Of a stretch of 64,000 nt of DNA, positions 41,501-53,220 are shown in pieces. Each line of letters opens with the position of its first letter. Position 1 is the stretch's first letter. The position numbers were made by a program, and so were the translations under genes. The DNA lies in NCBI GenBank assembly GCA_012295275.1, contig CM022678.1, forward strand, positions 16,244,001 through 16,308,000, written 5' to 3'. Source of the stretch: Chrysomallon squamiferum (Eukaryota; Animalia; Mollusca). The notes below the pieces were generated by a model. The model saw only the letters and a list, made by a program, of their open reading frames with translations. It did no database searches and had not been told where the DNA came from.

Positions 41501-44500
41501 TAAGTAAGTAACCAAACACTATAATATTATTTGTATTTTATGTTTTCTAGTTGAAGACGATGTACATTGTCATCCATGTATTTCTGGTCGTGAGTATTCG
41601 GGAGGTCGACCCATCGAGTCTGATTTCATGGAGTATCTGCCCTGGTTTCTCAAAGATAACCCCGAAACAAAGTGTGCCAAAGGGTGAGTTGTTTCCCTTG
41701 TCAGTAATTCTTCAGTTATCTCATTACGAGTTTTTATAATCTGATTATTTTTATTTGTGAACTGTGTTGTTGTTTCTTTTTGTGTGGTATTGATAATGTG
41801 GCTGTATTTGCTGCAAATGTGACTTGTTTGTCAATATATATATAAGTCAATGCTGAAATACAAATACACACATACACACACAGAAACATATAGATAGATA
41901 GATTATAGATGTACAGAAATATGGATAGATAGATAGATTGTACTGAGAGAATATCCAGGAATTTAATTTCCTTTGGATAATTTCTGTGAATGGTATGGAT
42001 AAACAGTTTGAAAAGGTGCAGGACTGTGTTTAAGGTCAATGCATAGAGCTTGTATATCTTAAATTATATATGTCACTAAAGCTGTATGTTTTGAAAATAT
42101 GTCACCCATCTTCTTAAAATTAAATTAAAAACCTTTTTCTGCAACAGTCCATCACTATCACATCTCCAGTGTAATAAACAATTTATAAATTAACAAATGT
42201 TTTATATTTTACAGTTTAATTATTGTCGTCTTTCATTTTACAGTGGCCATCCAGCTTATGGACAAGGTGTTCAGTTGTTAGACAATAAGACTCGAGTTGG
42301 AGGTATGTAAAATTATATTAAATTTATCTTACCAGTTAGGTATCATGATAAAAGTACTGGCAAATGAAAAATAAGATACTTTCATTATCTTTTCATTAGA
42401 TATTTATAAACATTAAGTATTCTGTTTATTTATTGGGTATATTTTAAAATATTATGAATCATCATTTGACCTTGATTTATTTTTAAATTGTTTATTATGA
42501 CTAAAATGTGGCAGCCTGTAACTGTTTATATATTTATTTTATTTTAATGACAAAAACATTAAACATTTGATTATGGTACAGGAAGATTATTTTAATGTCT
42601 TGTAAAAATGACTTAAAAACAGAAAAAGAAAAATTCAGTATATCAGTTTATAAAAGTATTTAATGTTTTATTAATTTATTTCCATAGCCAGATACTTCAT
42701 GACATAATCTGTAAGATTGTTTTAACAACATCTTGCAAAATGTCTTAATACCAAAAAACAGAATAGAAACATTCAATATAATTGATGTTTATAAAACTAT
42801 TTAATCTTTTATTAATTTGTCTCCTCAGCGACATACTTCATGACATACCACACTATACTGAAGACATCAACAGATTTTATCGATGCTTTGAGACAGGCAA
42901 GAAAAATTGCTCATACCATAAGTGTGGACATGAATATGACCCAACACGGCTACGAAGTGTTCCCTTACAGGTAATGCTTTTTCTTCTTTTTTTCACTTTT
43001 AACTCTTTGACCTAAGACCTTCATGATTTACCACAACTGTTATTTATTTGTTCCTGAGTTGTTAATTGTCTGGCATATGAGCTTTAGAAGGTTTTCCACA
43101 ATAAATACAAACAAGATGGTACTACTGTAGTTCAGTATGTGTAACTGAAATGTCAAGGTGTCATCTGAAGCCAGTATTGGTGTTGGTAGACTTGTAACAT
43201 CTATATCACCTTACTTAGTCCTGTGGAAGACAAATGTAAGTGGTACCTGGCAGTCTGGGAGCACCTGGGACAGATATAATACCTGAATGTCACCTTAAGT
43301 AAATTACAAATATCAACAGTATTTTGACCATGTTTGTGATTCATTATAGGTTAATATCTCAGTATCAGTTGCAGCGGTCTACCTATTAACAAGTTCATTT
43401 TAGTTGCAATTAAATAAAGTCGGTGTCTATTGCCGGGCGAGTTTTGTCTGGTTGTTCTGTGAATTATATTCTTTATATTCTTTACAGGAATATATTTATA
43501 GAGTATACATACACACAGGTATATATATATATATATTTTGTTTTCTAATCTTCTGTAGATATTGTTATATATGCGTGCATGTGTGTGTTAAATGTGAGAT
43601 CGTTTTTATTTCTCTGAAAGTAAAATATCGCCACGCAGTATGATGAATATTCATGAGAATGTGCGCTGTTAATAATAATTATTTTTATATAATATTGTGC
43701 GGATCGAAGGACGACAACAATATTTTAAAAAGTTGTTTATATATCGAGGATAATTATTATACAGGTGCATGTTCAAAAATTTAGCGATCATTCAAATTCA
43801 TGCGCAATAGTTTAGCCGCGCAGTGCCTGCTCAGCTGCTGCGGTAGCCTTGATTACACAAGCATCGTGAGTAGCAGCAAATTTCATTGGAATCGAATTGC
43901 GTCCCTTCGTAAATATGAGCGTCGTAGCTTCGGATTATATCTATTTTGTTCAGGGACAAGACACGTGAATTGCTGACCCAAAAAGTGCAAAACAATGGCA
44001 TGACAGTCAGTCTAAATAAACGGGTGGCGAATATTGCTGCCGTTGCTGACGAATGGCGGGCGAACTCGCCGTAAGTGATGGCGGGAAAACTCGCTATAAG
44101 CAGTAACTGATGGCGGGCCCGCCATCTTTTACAGTATGCAGCGATACCTCCGAGTTGTAAGTTGATAATGAATGTTAATATCAGCAGTATAGTAGATTCA
44201 CATTAACCGTTTGAGCCCTGAGCTCCATGTTATGTCTTGATATATTTCAATTATTCAGTTTTAGTTATAAATAGATAATAAATTTTAATATCAGCAGTGT
44301 AATAAGTATAGATTCTTCTTTTACGAAATGTGTGACAGGCTGGCTTATTTGGCATATTCTATTTTAAAATTTACATAGCCTGAATCACTAGGGACACGGT
44401 CCCCTTCTACAGAAAATCCTAAATTTAATTGTTCCTCACAGTTATAATATAGATGTGATTTGATGGTTTGTGCACTATTTTAATTCATGTTATGCTTTTA

Positions 44501-45464
44501 ATGTTTAATGTATACAAGTTTATAAAAGTAAATATAATTTTAGAAAATGTTTTGATTATTACAAAATAAATCGATACACCTGTGTATACATAGTTATATC
44601 TTTCTTTCAAACATTTAAAACTAATATAATTCTGCAATATGTTTTACTACAAAAATGTTTTAGCCTCGTACAAAAAGATTATTTCTAAGCAAACCGTATG
44701 AAATATTTCAATATATGACAGGGCATAAATAACAATGTATTTTTTAGCTATATGTAAACATGTTCTGGCTATTGCTTAATACACAATTACTGCTATATGT
44801 CTTAATAAAACTGTTGATTTTTAAACCTGTCAATTATCATCATACTTAACACTGTATTGTAGTCATAAAATTAAATTAAAGCACTGGTCTTTCTTGCAGT
44901 ATATTTGACTGTGTATCTAGCAATAATGAATGACTACTAGTATACATTTTAATTTTTAAATGCATTTGATAACTATTATGTCTGTTGTTTAAATGGTATA
45001 CTGCATTCATAAAATAAAACAGTTTTCTCTTTGCAGCATATTCTACGTGTTTTACGAACAGTACCTGACGATTGTGAACGACGCCATTGTAAACTTACTT
45101 CTTTGTTGTGCTGGTATTTTCATTGTGTCGACGATTCTACTTGGATTTGAGCTGTACTCGGCGTTCACTGTGATTGTAGTCATTGGTTTTATAATCTGTG
45201 ACATGTTAGGACTCATGTACCTGTGGGGAATCTCAATGAATGCTGTCGCTCTTGTTAATCTCGTCATGGTAAGTTGTCAAAAATTTAAATTAGCATTGAT
45301 GACGTGTTGATAATCTGGTTCATAGACTGAAATGCAAGTCAGTAATTTGTAACGAAAACATCAAGTGGTTTGGTTGCAGGATGAACATTCAGTTTTGGTA
45401 AATAAAGATTATAATGTTAATTTTAATTTTTGATTAATGATACCTGATTTTGTATATATTTACC

Positions 45465-45500
<36 letters not shown>

Positions 45501-48500
45501 TACATATTTTATATGTATTATTTATTTATTTCAGACTGTAGGAATATCGGTAGAGTTCTGTTCACATATAATCCGGGCTTTCACATTCAGTACAGAACTA
45601 ACAAGGAAGGACAGAGCCAAAGATGCTCTGGCACACATGGGCAGCTCTGTATGTATTCTGTAATAACAACTTGGCTATATTACAAGATTATCATCCACAG
45701 ATCATGGTTGGTTATATAGTCTGTGGCAGGGTTTGAAACAGTCTTAATGTAAGAATGACAAATACAGTAACATTCAGGTATTTTAAAGTCACAACGTATT
45801 GCCGTTTACTTTTTTATTTACAGCAATGGACAAATTAGCTCTGCCAATGTGTTTATACAGTCAACACCTTAAAAGACTAATAGAGGTGCCATGTCAGTTA
45901 ACCCATTCCTACATAATAAAATATAAAAGTGAACCCTTAAAAATCCACTTGTTCCTTCAGGTGCTGTATTTTGTTGCTGCATAATAGCATACTCTGAAAG
46001 TTATGATAGCAGAAGAATCTTTACAATTTGTATAAAATAGCTTTCAAGCATTGCTTTTAAAGAAAACACTGTAGCATGGTGTTAAATTATTATTTCTATG
46101 CAGACTGTAAGAGATATTTCTGTTTTAAAACTTATATATATTTTTTAAAACTTTATGTTGGTGTTCAGATATTTCAGTGCATCAAACACTGTGGTGCATG
46201 TTCATGTTAGTAAGAAATTGGACAGAAAAGAATTCACAGTACATGTATATTTTTCTCTCTTGTTATAAATGTGTTAAGATGTATAGATTGATATGTCATT
46301 AACTACTACTACTGCTAATAATAAAATGTGTTGAGGTTGTAATTAAATGTTACTTTATTGTCAGGTTTTGAGTGGGATCACACTGACGAAGCTTGTTGGG
46401 GTGATTGTTTTGGCGTTTTCAAAGTCTCAGCTCTTTCAAGTGTTTTACTTCAGGATGTATTTAGGAATTGTTATCTTCGGTGCGACACACGGTCTCATCT
46501 TCCTTCCAGTTCTGCTTAGTTACTTTGGTAAGTTTCTTTGATTTCAGTATTGTTTAAACATTTCTCTCTGTGTGGACCTTTCTAAGCATAGGTCACTGGT
46601 TTTGTAGGTCGTATCAAAACCATCCTCTGACCCCCATTTGAATGTCTTTTATGACTGCTCAATTTAATGGTGGGTTTATCCTGTTTTTTTCCTTCATCAG
46701 TTTTGTCACTTCTAGTCAAAGAAGTAAGCTCCTCAGTATTACCACTGGCTAAATCTGGACTGTCTGAGTGTGATGTAAACTCTTTACAGCTGGGTGGAAC
46801 TCTTCTTATAAATTCAAAACTGTGTTTTCAGGCTGCAAAGAGTCTACCTTTTCTTCACATGAAGCAGCTGAGTCCAGTTTTTGGTCATCTTGTATCATCG
46901 TCACCTTTAAAAGTGGACACAAATAAGTACTTTTAGTTTGACTATCTTTCACTTTGCCAGCTATTTCTTTCTCTTCCTCTTTGGCATGCAAATGATTTCT
47001 GGAGGTATCCAGGGAGGCAGTTTAATATCTTTCTTTTTTAACTTAATATTTTCATTCACACATCAGAAGCTTTCTTTGCTGCGTTTTTGGAAATGCCTCC
47101 CATTTTCTTGGAGTTCCAAGAGGACTCTGTATTTTGAGACATTATCTACCAATTTCTTTTTTATCTGTTTTAATTTGTTGAACTTGTGGGTTGTTTTTGG
47201 TAAGTGGCTGAAGCAATGAAACAGAATTCCTCAACAACCTGCCAGTTGATGTTTTTTGTTTTTGCATTTGGGTAAGCATTATCCAGTTCATTCATTTTTG
47301 CGGTATTCATAGTTCCATCTTGTTTTCTATATTGATGTGGTTTTCCCTTCAAGCTGTATTTCCTAGTTTGAGCAGTAGTCAACTCTACTCCAGATGAACC
47401 TACGGCTGTGATCTCTCTTAACTGTTTTTTCAAGTTCATTGACCATTTGCTTAGACTTTTCTTCAGCCAGTGCTGCAGCTTTTGTTGCAGATTGTGTAAC
47501 GATTGAGCTTTTTGTCTTTGGACGATCAACAGAGGCCCAGCACACATTTATGAATGGTGTTTTTGAATTCTTGTTGTCATTTGTTCTTTACAGTTCTGCC
47601 TAGATGCCTTTTTTTCTAGCTGGCGACTTCTCATCAGCATATAAATTTGTCTGTCCTTTTCTTCCACTTCTTGTTGTCATTCATTCTTTCCAGTTCTGCC
47701 GGGGTGCCTTTGTTTCTAGCTGGGGACTTCTCATCAGTATTTAAACTTTTCAGTCCTTTTCTTCCACTTCTACTCAGCACCCTGGGTCCACTGGTAGTAT
47801 TCTCAGCGGCATTTAATGAAGGTCTAAAGACACCTGAACAATTTTTTTGAAACAGTAATGTTACCATTGCAGGTTCTGAATAACAGTGCCACAAAGAAAC
47901 AATGGATGTTTTCAAGACCTTCACTGGTGTTCGTTTGGTCTTGTACCTTGATTCATGTGTACGATTCTCTTCCTCATATTTCAGTTCTTTTGCAACCAGC
48001 TCTGCAGATCATTGAACTACTTCTGAAGCTGTCAGAACTTTGTAAAGCTTGGGTGCCTGCTCATTTTCATATTTTGTTACAGAATTCCTGACAGATCTTT
48101 TTGCGTGATGCATTTTCCACTGAGCTGATGGAGAAAGGCTGTTTAGAGACTTTTTGCGTGATGCATTTTCCACTGAGCTGATGGAGAAAGGCTGTTTAGA
48201 GACTATCTCACATTTTGGCTGTCTCTTTCTTGTTACATGGTTCTCGTTTTCTTCACCAGAGTCCAGAGTTAATTCTCTGCATTTTGCATTCTCTGAGGAT
48301 TTCTCTATCCTTTTCCAATCCTCTTCAATCTGCAACTGATGAACAATTGTCACTGGATCATAAATAGTCTTTTCAACTTGAGTACATGTATCACTGACAT
48401 CCACATTCAGAGTCTCTCCTTCAGACTCATCCACTCTTTAAACCTCAGCTGCCAGGCTGCTCTCATCAGACATATTAAGTTATCTGAACGACCATCCACT

Positions 48501-49138
48501 TCATCAGTATCAGCGTCAGCATTACTTTCCAAAGAGTCTGCATGTGGATCAAAAACACTGTCACTGGGTTACACCATTGTTACAGTTGTGTCATCGCTGA
48601 TACTGACACTTGTGTAGGTGATGGTACTGTCGTCTGAAGTAACTTCCTCTCCAATAGTTTTTAAAACTCTGTCCTGAAGACAGTTCATTAAATAAAATGG
48701 TTCTGTCCATTGGACCAACAGGTCGTGTGTTTCTTTTATGTCTGTAGAGCAAATTACATACATGTATAGTCTATATTTAACATACAAAAAGTCATGTAGA
48801 TATGATTACACAAAAGCAAATTAAAAAATGTTAAACCATATCAGTGTGTCATTACATTCAGTTTTACCCTTAATACTGCAAATTAAAAAATGTTAAACCT
48901 TATCAATGTGTCATTACATTGTTTTACCCTTAATACTGCAAATTATAAAATGTTAAACCCTTAATACTGCAAATTAATTGCCTGATCTTAGATTTAGTTT
49001 GCAGTTCAAGTATTAACTTATTTTGCAGGACCACCTATAAACAAAGCTAAGATTTATTACAAAAATAAAGAAGACAAAGCAGAACTTGAAGGTGTCAACA
49101 GTTCGGTTCACAGTAACCATGGTTACTCAGGAGATTGA
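29039..49138 (+). CDS. NPC1: NPC intracellular cholesterol transporter 1 (Niemann-Pick C1), 22 coding exons, ~1321 aa
   Basis: Hand-spliced exons, all GT-AG with consistent phases, total 3966 nt. Signal peptide; NTD ([30 protein letters not shown], polyproline linker); TDPVKLWS; PFYRTEQLI; SSD ([31 protein letters not shown]); VGPPVYFVV; SSWLDDYF; CAKGGHPAY; FYVFYEQY; VEFCSHI; [12 protein letters not shown]; [15 protein letters not shown]. Confidence 0.96.
31162..31336 (+). CDS. NPC1: NPC1 exon 2
   Basis: HCIWYDQCG...[12 protein letters not shown]...CPDL. Confidence 0.93.
31734..32781 (+). CDS. NPC1: NPC1 exon 3
   Basis: NTD, TM1, TM2 to KNYFDTHF. Confidence 0.95.
32750..32939 (+). repeat. 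Five-copy 37-38 bp tandem repeat spanning the NPC1 exon 3 / intron 3 junction
   Basis: Unit gaagagaaaa(a)ttattttgatacccattttgcgtaagt, contiguous with no spacers. Confidence 0.95.
33271..33400 (+). CDS. NPC1: NPC1 exon 4
   Basis: [11 protein letters not shown]. Confidence 0.93.
34081..34313 (+). CDS. NPC1: NPC1 exon 5
   Basis: VLDLQNEI...LEDICFLPL...SVLQYYQN. Confidence 0.93.
35059..35159 (+). CDS. NPC1: NPC1 exon 6
   Basis: [19 protein letters not shown]. Confidence 0.92.
35575..35735 (+). CDS. NPC1: NPC1 exon 7
   Basis: [11 protein letters not shown]...AKAWEAAFL. Confidence 0.92.
36246..36374 (+). CDS. NPC1: NPC1 exon 8
   Basis: [27 protein letters not shown]. Confidence 0.93.
36986..37168 (+). 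CDS. NPC1: NPC1 exon 9
   Basis: [11 protein letters not shown]...[14 protein letters not shown]. Confidence 0.94.
37368..37482 (+). CDS. NPC1: NPC1 exon 10
   Basis: [25 protein letters not shown]. Confidence 0.93.
37964..38091 (+). CDS. NPC1: NPC1 exon 11
   Basis: [11 protein letters not shown]...LDAKRQE. Confidence 0.93.
38125..38655. repeat. Two (CT)n microsatellites flanking a ~135-bp tandem duplication in NPC1 intron 11
   Basis: attatcatcattatcttgaaattatc...cattgctaacattat at ~38236 and ~38431, with a partial copy at ~38380. Confidence 0.85.
38885..39022 (+). CDS. NPC1: NPC1 exon 12
   Basis: NRMDCCCC...[15 protein letters not shown]. Confidence 0.92.
39408..39497 (+). CDS. NPC1: NPC1 exon 13
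   Basis: [14 protein letters not shown]. Confidence 0.92.
40203..40393 (+). CDS. NPC1: NPC1 exon 14
   Basis: DSYMINYF...VGPPVYFVV...QNQICG. Confidence 0.93.
40890..41011 (+). CDS. NPC1: NPC1 exon 15
   Basis: [15 protein letters not shown]...CCR. Confidence 0.92.
41090..41500. repeat. Degenerate (AAT/AAC/AGT)n low-complexity tract ending in (AAC)n
   Basis: Direct reading. Confidence 0.85.
41551..41683 (+). CDS. NPC1: NPC1 exon 16
   Basis: [27 protein letters not shown]. Confidence 0.92.
42244..42302 (+). CDS. NPC1: NPC1 exon 17
   Basis: GHPAYGQGV. Confidence 0.9.
42829..42970 (+). CDS. NPC1: NPC1 exon 18
   Basis: [20 protein letters not shown]...VFPYS. Confidence 0.93.
45037..45268 (+). 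CDS. NPC1: NPC1 exon 19
   Basis: [12 protein letters not shown]...[10 protein letters not shown]. Confidence 0.94.
45535..45648 (+). CDS. NPC1: NPC1 exon 20
   Basis: [11 protein letters not shown]...ALAHMGSS. Confidence 0.93.
46365..46527 (+). CDS. NPC1: NPC1 exon 21
   Basis: VLSGITLTK...[13 protein letters not shown]. Confidence 0.94.
46570..48790 (-). pseudogene. Decayed antisense coding sequence (K/E/S-rich, unidentified) nested in NPC1 intron 21
   Basis: GC-richer than neighbouring introns; chain of overlapping minus-strand ORF fragments (48569, 48009, 47634, 47363, 47170, 46806) with protein-like charged composition; internal ~100-bp and 53-bp tandem duplications. Confidence 0.5.
48817..48977. 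repeat. ~60-bp tandem repeat, ~2.5 copies, upstream of NPC1 exon 22
   Basis: gcaaattaaaaaatgttaaacc..atca.tgtgtcattacatt..ttttacccttaatact repeated. Confidence 0.85.
49029..49138 (+). CDS. NPC1: NPC1 exon 22 (terminal)
   Basis: ttttgcag acceptor, (G)PPINKAK...NHGYSGD*, phase matches exon 21. Confidence 0.85.
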
Positions 49139-50265
49139 GTTTCTCAGTCTAAAACCTGAAAAAAAAAATTGTTGTTGAATGTTTTTTTCTTTTCTGTTTT
49201 GTTTCTTTTTTTTTCATTATCTAGTATTAACTTTTGGTGAATTAAACTGAACTGTGTTTTATGCTACAGAATGAAACTATTAGATAAATCAAATAGTCTT
49301 TAATGTTACTGTTCTATATATGTTAATTTATTGTTAGCCATGTGTATGTTTGTGTGTCAGAGTGAACGAGTGATACTTAGAAAATGAACTGGCCTTGGTC
49401 AACTCAGAATCAGAGTATATGTTAAACTATTAATCTTGTTTGATTTTTCTTTGTGTTCAATGATTTATTTGCTCATTGTCTTAGGATGTTCATCTGTGCA
49501 TTATTTTGATCTAATTATTGTTTATATTTTCATAAAACTTAAGAAGAATTTATTGATCTCTTGAAATATATTTATATAGTTTTTTTAAAACAAATCAAGA
49601 GATGTGTCTGTATGCATTCGTGTATGTATGTTTGAAACAAATGAAGTTTTGAATCGAACTGGTTTCTGTATTTAACATCAAATTTAAAATGTTAAACAAT
49701 TTTTTTTTCAGCTTTTTAAAAAAGCATTTTTTTATGTTTTTGTTTTTTTAAATAAAATTTAACATAATGTAACCTTTAAAAAAATGCATTTTATGACAGT
49801 TTCATTTGCTGTGAATTGTTGTGTATTACCATCTGCACTGAAAAGTTTTTCTTAATCTCAGGGATTGTAGAATGATTTATGAACAAGTGTATCACTGACA
49901 TAACTATTAAAATCTTTAATTTATTTTGCATTAAAACAGCAAGTACAGGCTACAGTTGTACACGGCAAGTTTATTAATTAATTCAGGGTAACATTACTGC
50001 AGCCTACGTATATTTTTTTTTCGTGTAACTATTGCTTTAATATTTTATTTTGTTTTGCATTGGTCTTCAGTTATTTTCAAAGTTACTGGGGGTTTTGTTG
50101 TACTATTTCAGTGCAGACTTTAATACATGTATTTAAAGATGTACAAATGTCATTTCTGTAATAAATGTAAATATGGTATATTTTCATATTACTACATCAT
50201 TTCATAATTTAAAAAGAAAAGTTGAGATTAATCATGTTGACTCAAGATCACCAAGTGAAATTACA

Positions 50266-50275
50266 ATAAATAAAA
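50266..50275 (+). terminator. Candidate NPC1 polyadenylation signal (overlapping AATAAATAAA)
   Basis: AATAAA followed ~15 nt later by a T/GT-rich tract (ttcttggttttgtttttt) after a T-rich 3' UTR-like stretch. Confidence 0.45.
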
Positions 50276-50649
50276 CTAACTATTCTTGGTTTTGTTTTTT
50301 CTGTTTTATTTATTTTTCAATAAAAATATTAGAAAAATATTAATGACAATTCTCAGTTGGTGCAGTTTGATAGAATTTTATTTTATTCTCCTTAGCCATT
50401 TTTCATTACTTGAATAATCTGTATCAAAAAATTGGGAAGTATATATGCAGAGAGAGGTGATGGTCCTTAGATATTTTTCAAGTATACTGTGCCAAATACA
50501 TTTAGCAACTACGAAATAGACAGATTTGTACACATTTTATTGATACAGCCAGCAGTAAAATACATGCATGTTTGTGTCCACAACTGGTGACAACTGCATC
50601 ATCACTTGGAATAGTTAATCATGGTCTATCAGAATGTAGTCAATCTTGC

Positions 50650-53220
50650 AACTTGCTACTTCGGACCATGAAGTATTTTAAATGATGTTGAAACTTAGGG
50701 TCCACTTCCACATAGCAGATATTATGTGCATTTCAGTGAATCATAATTTACATCACAGTACAAAAATGTATTTTCAAATCCATCAACACTGGCCAGCATT
50801 AAGTATTTTAACTATTTCTAAATTTAATTCAAACAAGTTTGCTGAACGAATTAATATAGTAAATTTATACTGGATCTAGACTAATCACTCTATAGATCTC
50901 CAGCAAATCATGTTTTACAACATAATGCAGTGGATTGTTTCCAAAACGATCTACAGAAGCAGATAGAGCTCCTCCATCAAAAGTTACTTTAAAATTTGGA
51001 TTCAAGGAATTTGATGTTAAATGCAGTCTGTTTTTATTTTATAGCCTTGTTCTTTTAACATCCAGTTTTTGTTTATACAGATGTTTTGCTGAAAGATTAA
51101 TTCTTGCTCTCTGCTAAAAAGTGTTTTTATTACTATCAGAAATATTAACATTGTCTTTGTTCTATTAAGTTTTACACATTCCAATGACTACAGATGATGT
51201 TGAAGAAAATTCCTTTCTGTTCAGACATTATAATCCCCAAGATGACGAAGCAGTCAAGTGTGATTAAAAGTATCAAATTTTAATAAAACAAATTTGATGA
51301 AAATGTTTGAATGAAAAGTCATCAAAATGTTGAAAAATCTATCGATATCAAAAGTGTGAATTTGAGGAAATATTTGTTCACATGAATTGAGCAGTTTGGT
51401 TTGTATTTTAGTTTTATCACACATTTTATCAATTATTACTACATAATTTTCATTTTCTGAGATTCTATATGAAGCACTGAACTGTGTAAACTCTGAAGAC
51501 TCAGTCTGGAAGGCAAAATGTCTGTTGTGTGTAGTTACAAGATATTCCAAACATTTCAGAACTGATTCTTTTCTATCATGTTCTTTTTCTAACCAGACAA
51601 CAATTTCATATTCCTGAAACAGATTCTTGGACTCTGTGTGTGCCTCCATTTCTTTGTTTGTCTCCCAGTTAGCCTCTTCCCAGTACTGGTTCTCCTAAAT
51701 GAAATGTTTCAAAGACATATTAAAACATTATAATCAGTAATAAATAATAAGAATAAAATTACTAATATATGAAACACCCACAAACCCAAAATCTGAACTG
51801 TTTTCTAATAAAAAATTTTAGCTCTGCGTAGTGACATCATGATGCCAATCGTTTGAAAAACAGTATAATTGCTTTAAAATAGAAAACAAACAGACTAAAG
51901 CGTTAAGACGACTCAGGTACTTGTACGTGAATCAACGTCTGATGATGCCGCCGAATTTCGGTATGTTATTTATTTTTTTTTATTTTTTTTTTTTTTAACA
52001 GTTGACTTGTATTGACACCTCTGTAGTAGCTCAAGAAAACCCAACATGCTACTAAATACACTTGTTTTCAATTAATATCTTTTAAAATGTCTAAGTAACG
52101 AAACGTGATAGAAATAATTGTAAATTTTATATTTAAATACCAATGACTTTTAACGTTCATTTAAAACAATAAAAATTTGTTTTAAAAATATTAAAAATGT
52201 GGCTTTCTTTACTAACAATGCTGGAATGACAACGCTCATTAGCTACAAACGTTATGCTCCACTGCCGCTCAGCTAACGCGGTCTATTTTATAATAATACT
52301 TCCGGTAATAGCAACCAAACGATTATTGGTATTAAAGTACAATAAATTGATAAACATTTTTTTTTTTAGAATTCATTACTAATAAACTATCTATAATACA
52401 TGTATTATCATGGTGTTAATGCTAAAGTGTTCGTTATTACCGTCTAGATGACCTAGAGGTACTGTGATAGTGATTATCATGAGTATCACGAGTGTATTAT
52501 TGTAATTATAATGATGCCATCGATTGTATAGTATCTACATTAACCAATTGTAAAACTATACTTTTTTTTTTTTCCTTTAATTACTTAATAAATTTTTTTT
52601 TTAATCATATTTTTTATATCACACAAAAGAAAATGTACACAACTAAATTTATCTAGAAACCCAGTTAAATACGGAATCAAGATAATTCAGGTAATTTTAA
52701 GTTACGTTAAATACCTTAAATAAATGTTAATTACACAACTTACTTAATTACAGTGCATAATTTCCACATCAAAAGAAGTGAAAATATCTTGCAAATACTA
52801 CTGCCAAACTTTTATCAAACCAAGATCAAAGCTTCAAACGTTCGCTCCCGTGACTTCCTCATAGCTAAAAAGATAACGCGGTTTTTGCAAGCACCTGCCG
52901 TGAAGCACGTGTTCTCCTTTGTAGCTTGCTGACCAATGAAAATCGCGGAAACGGTCAACCATGTCAGTAAGTTTTCGCAGCTTACAAAGGGGCTGAACTC
53001 GTGTTTATCTATAATACAAGACTCGTCATAACTTAGCCGCTAATTAAGTCAAATCACGAGAATGTAAAACTGTTATTAACTGTTCGTTACCGAATATATT
53101 CTTGTAATTTGTGACTAGTTTAGTTTTATTTTATTTTATAAATCAATACAGACTAATTACATATAAATAAATTTACATATAATAATCATTAAAATAATAG
53201 TTATCTATTGGTAATATTAG
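50650..53220 (+). repeat. ~2.6 kb segmental duplication copy 1 (direct repeat of ~54000-56655)
   Basis: Long near-identical blocks (51140-51730 vs 54495-55095; 51885-51960 vs 55805-55878; 53185-53217 vs 56622-56655). Confidence 0.9.
50690..51840 (-). pseudogene. Ankyrin-repeat gene remnant, copy 1 of a tandem duplication
   Basis: ORF 51254..51649 is paralogous to 54607..55056; downstream of its stop the minus strand reads VDRFGNNPLHYVVKHDLLEI and LEIVKILNAG..DGFENTFLY (ankyrin consensus); first-exon donor mutated (GAG|ctaaaa) and a frameshift just after the acceptor. Confidence 0.65.
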
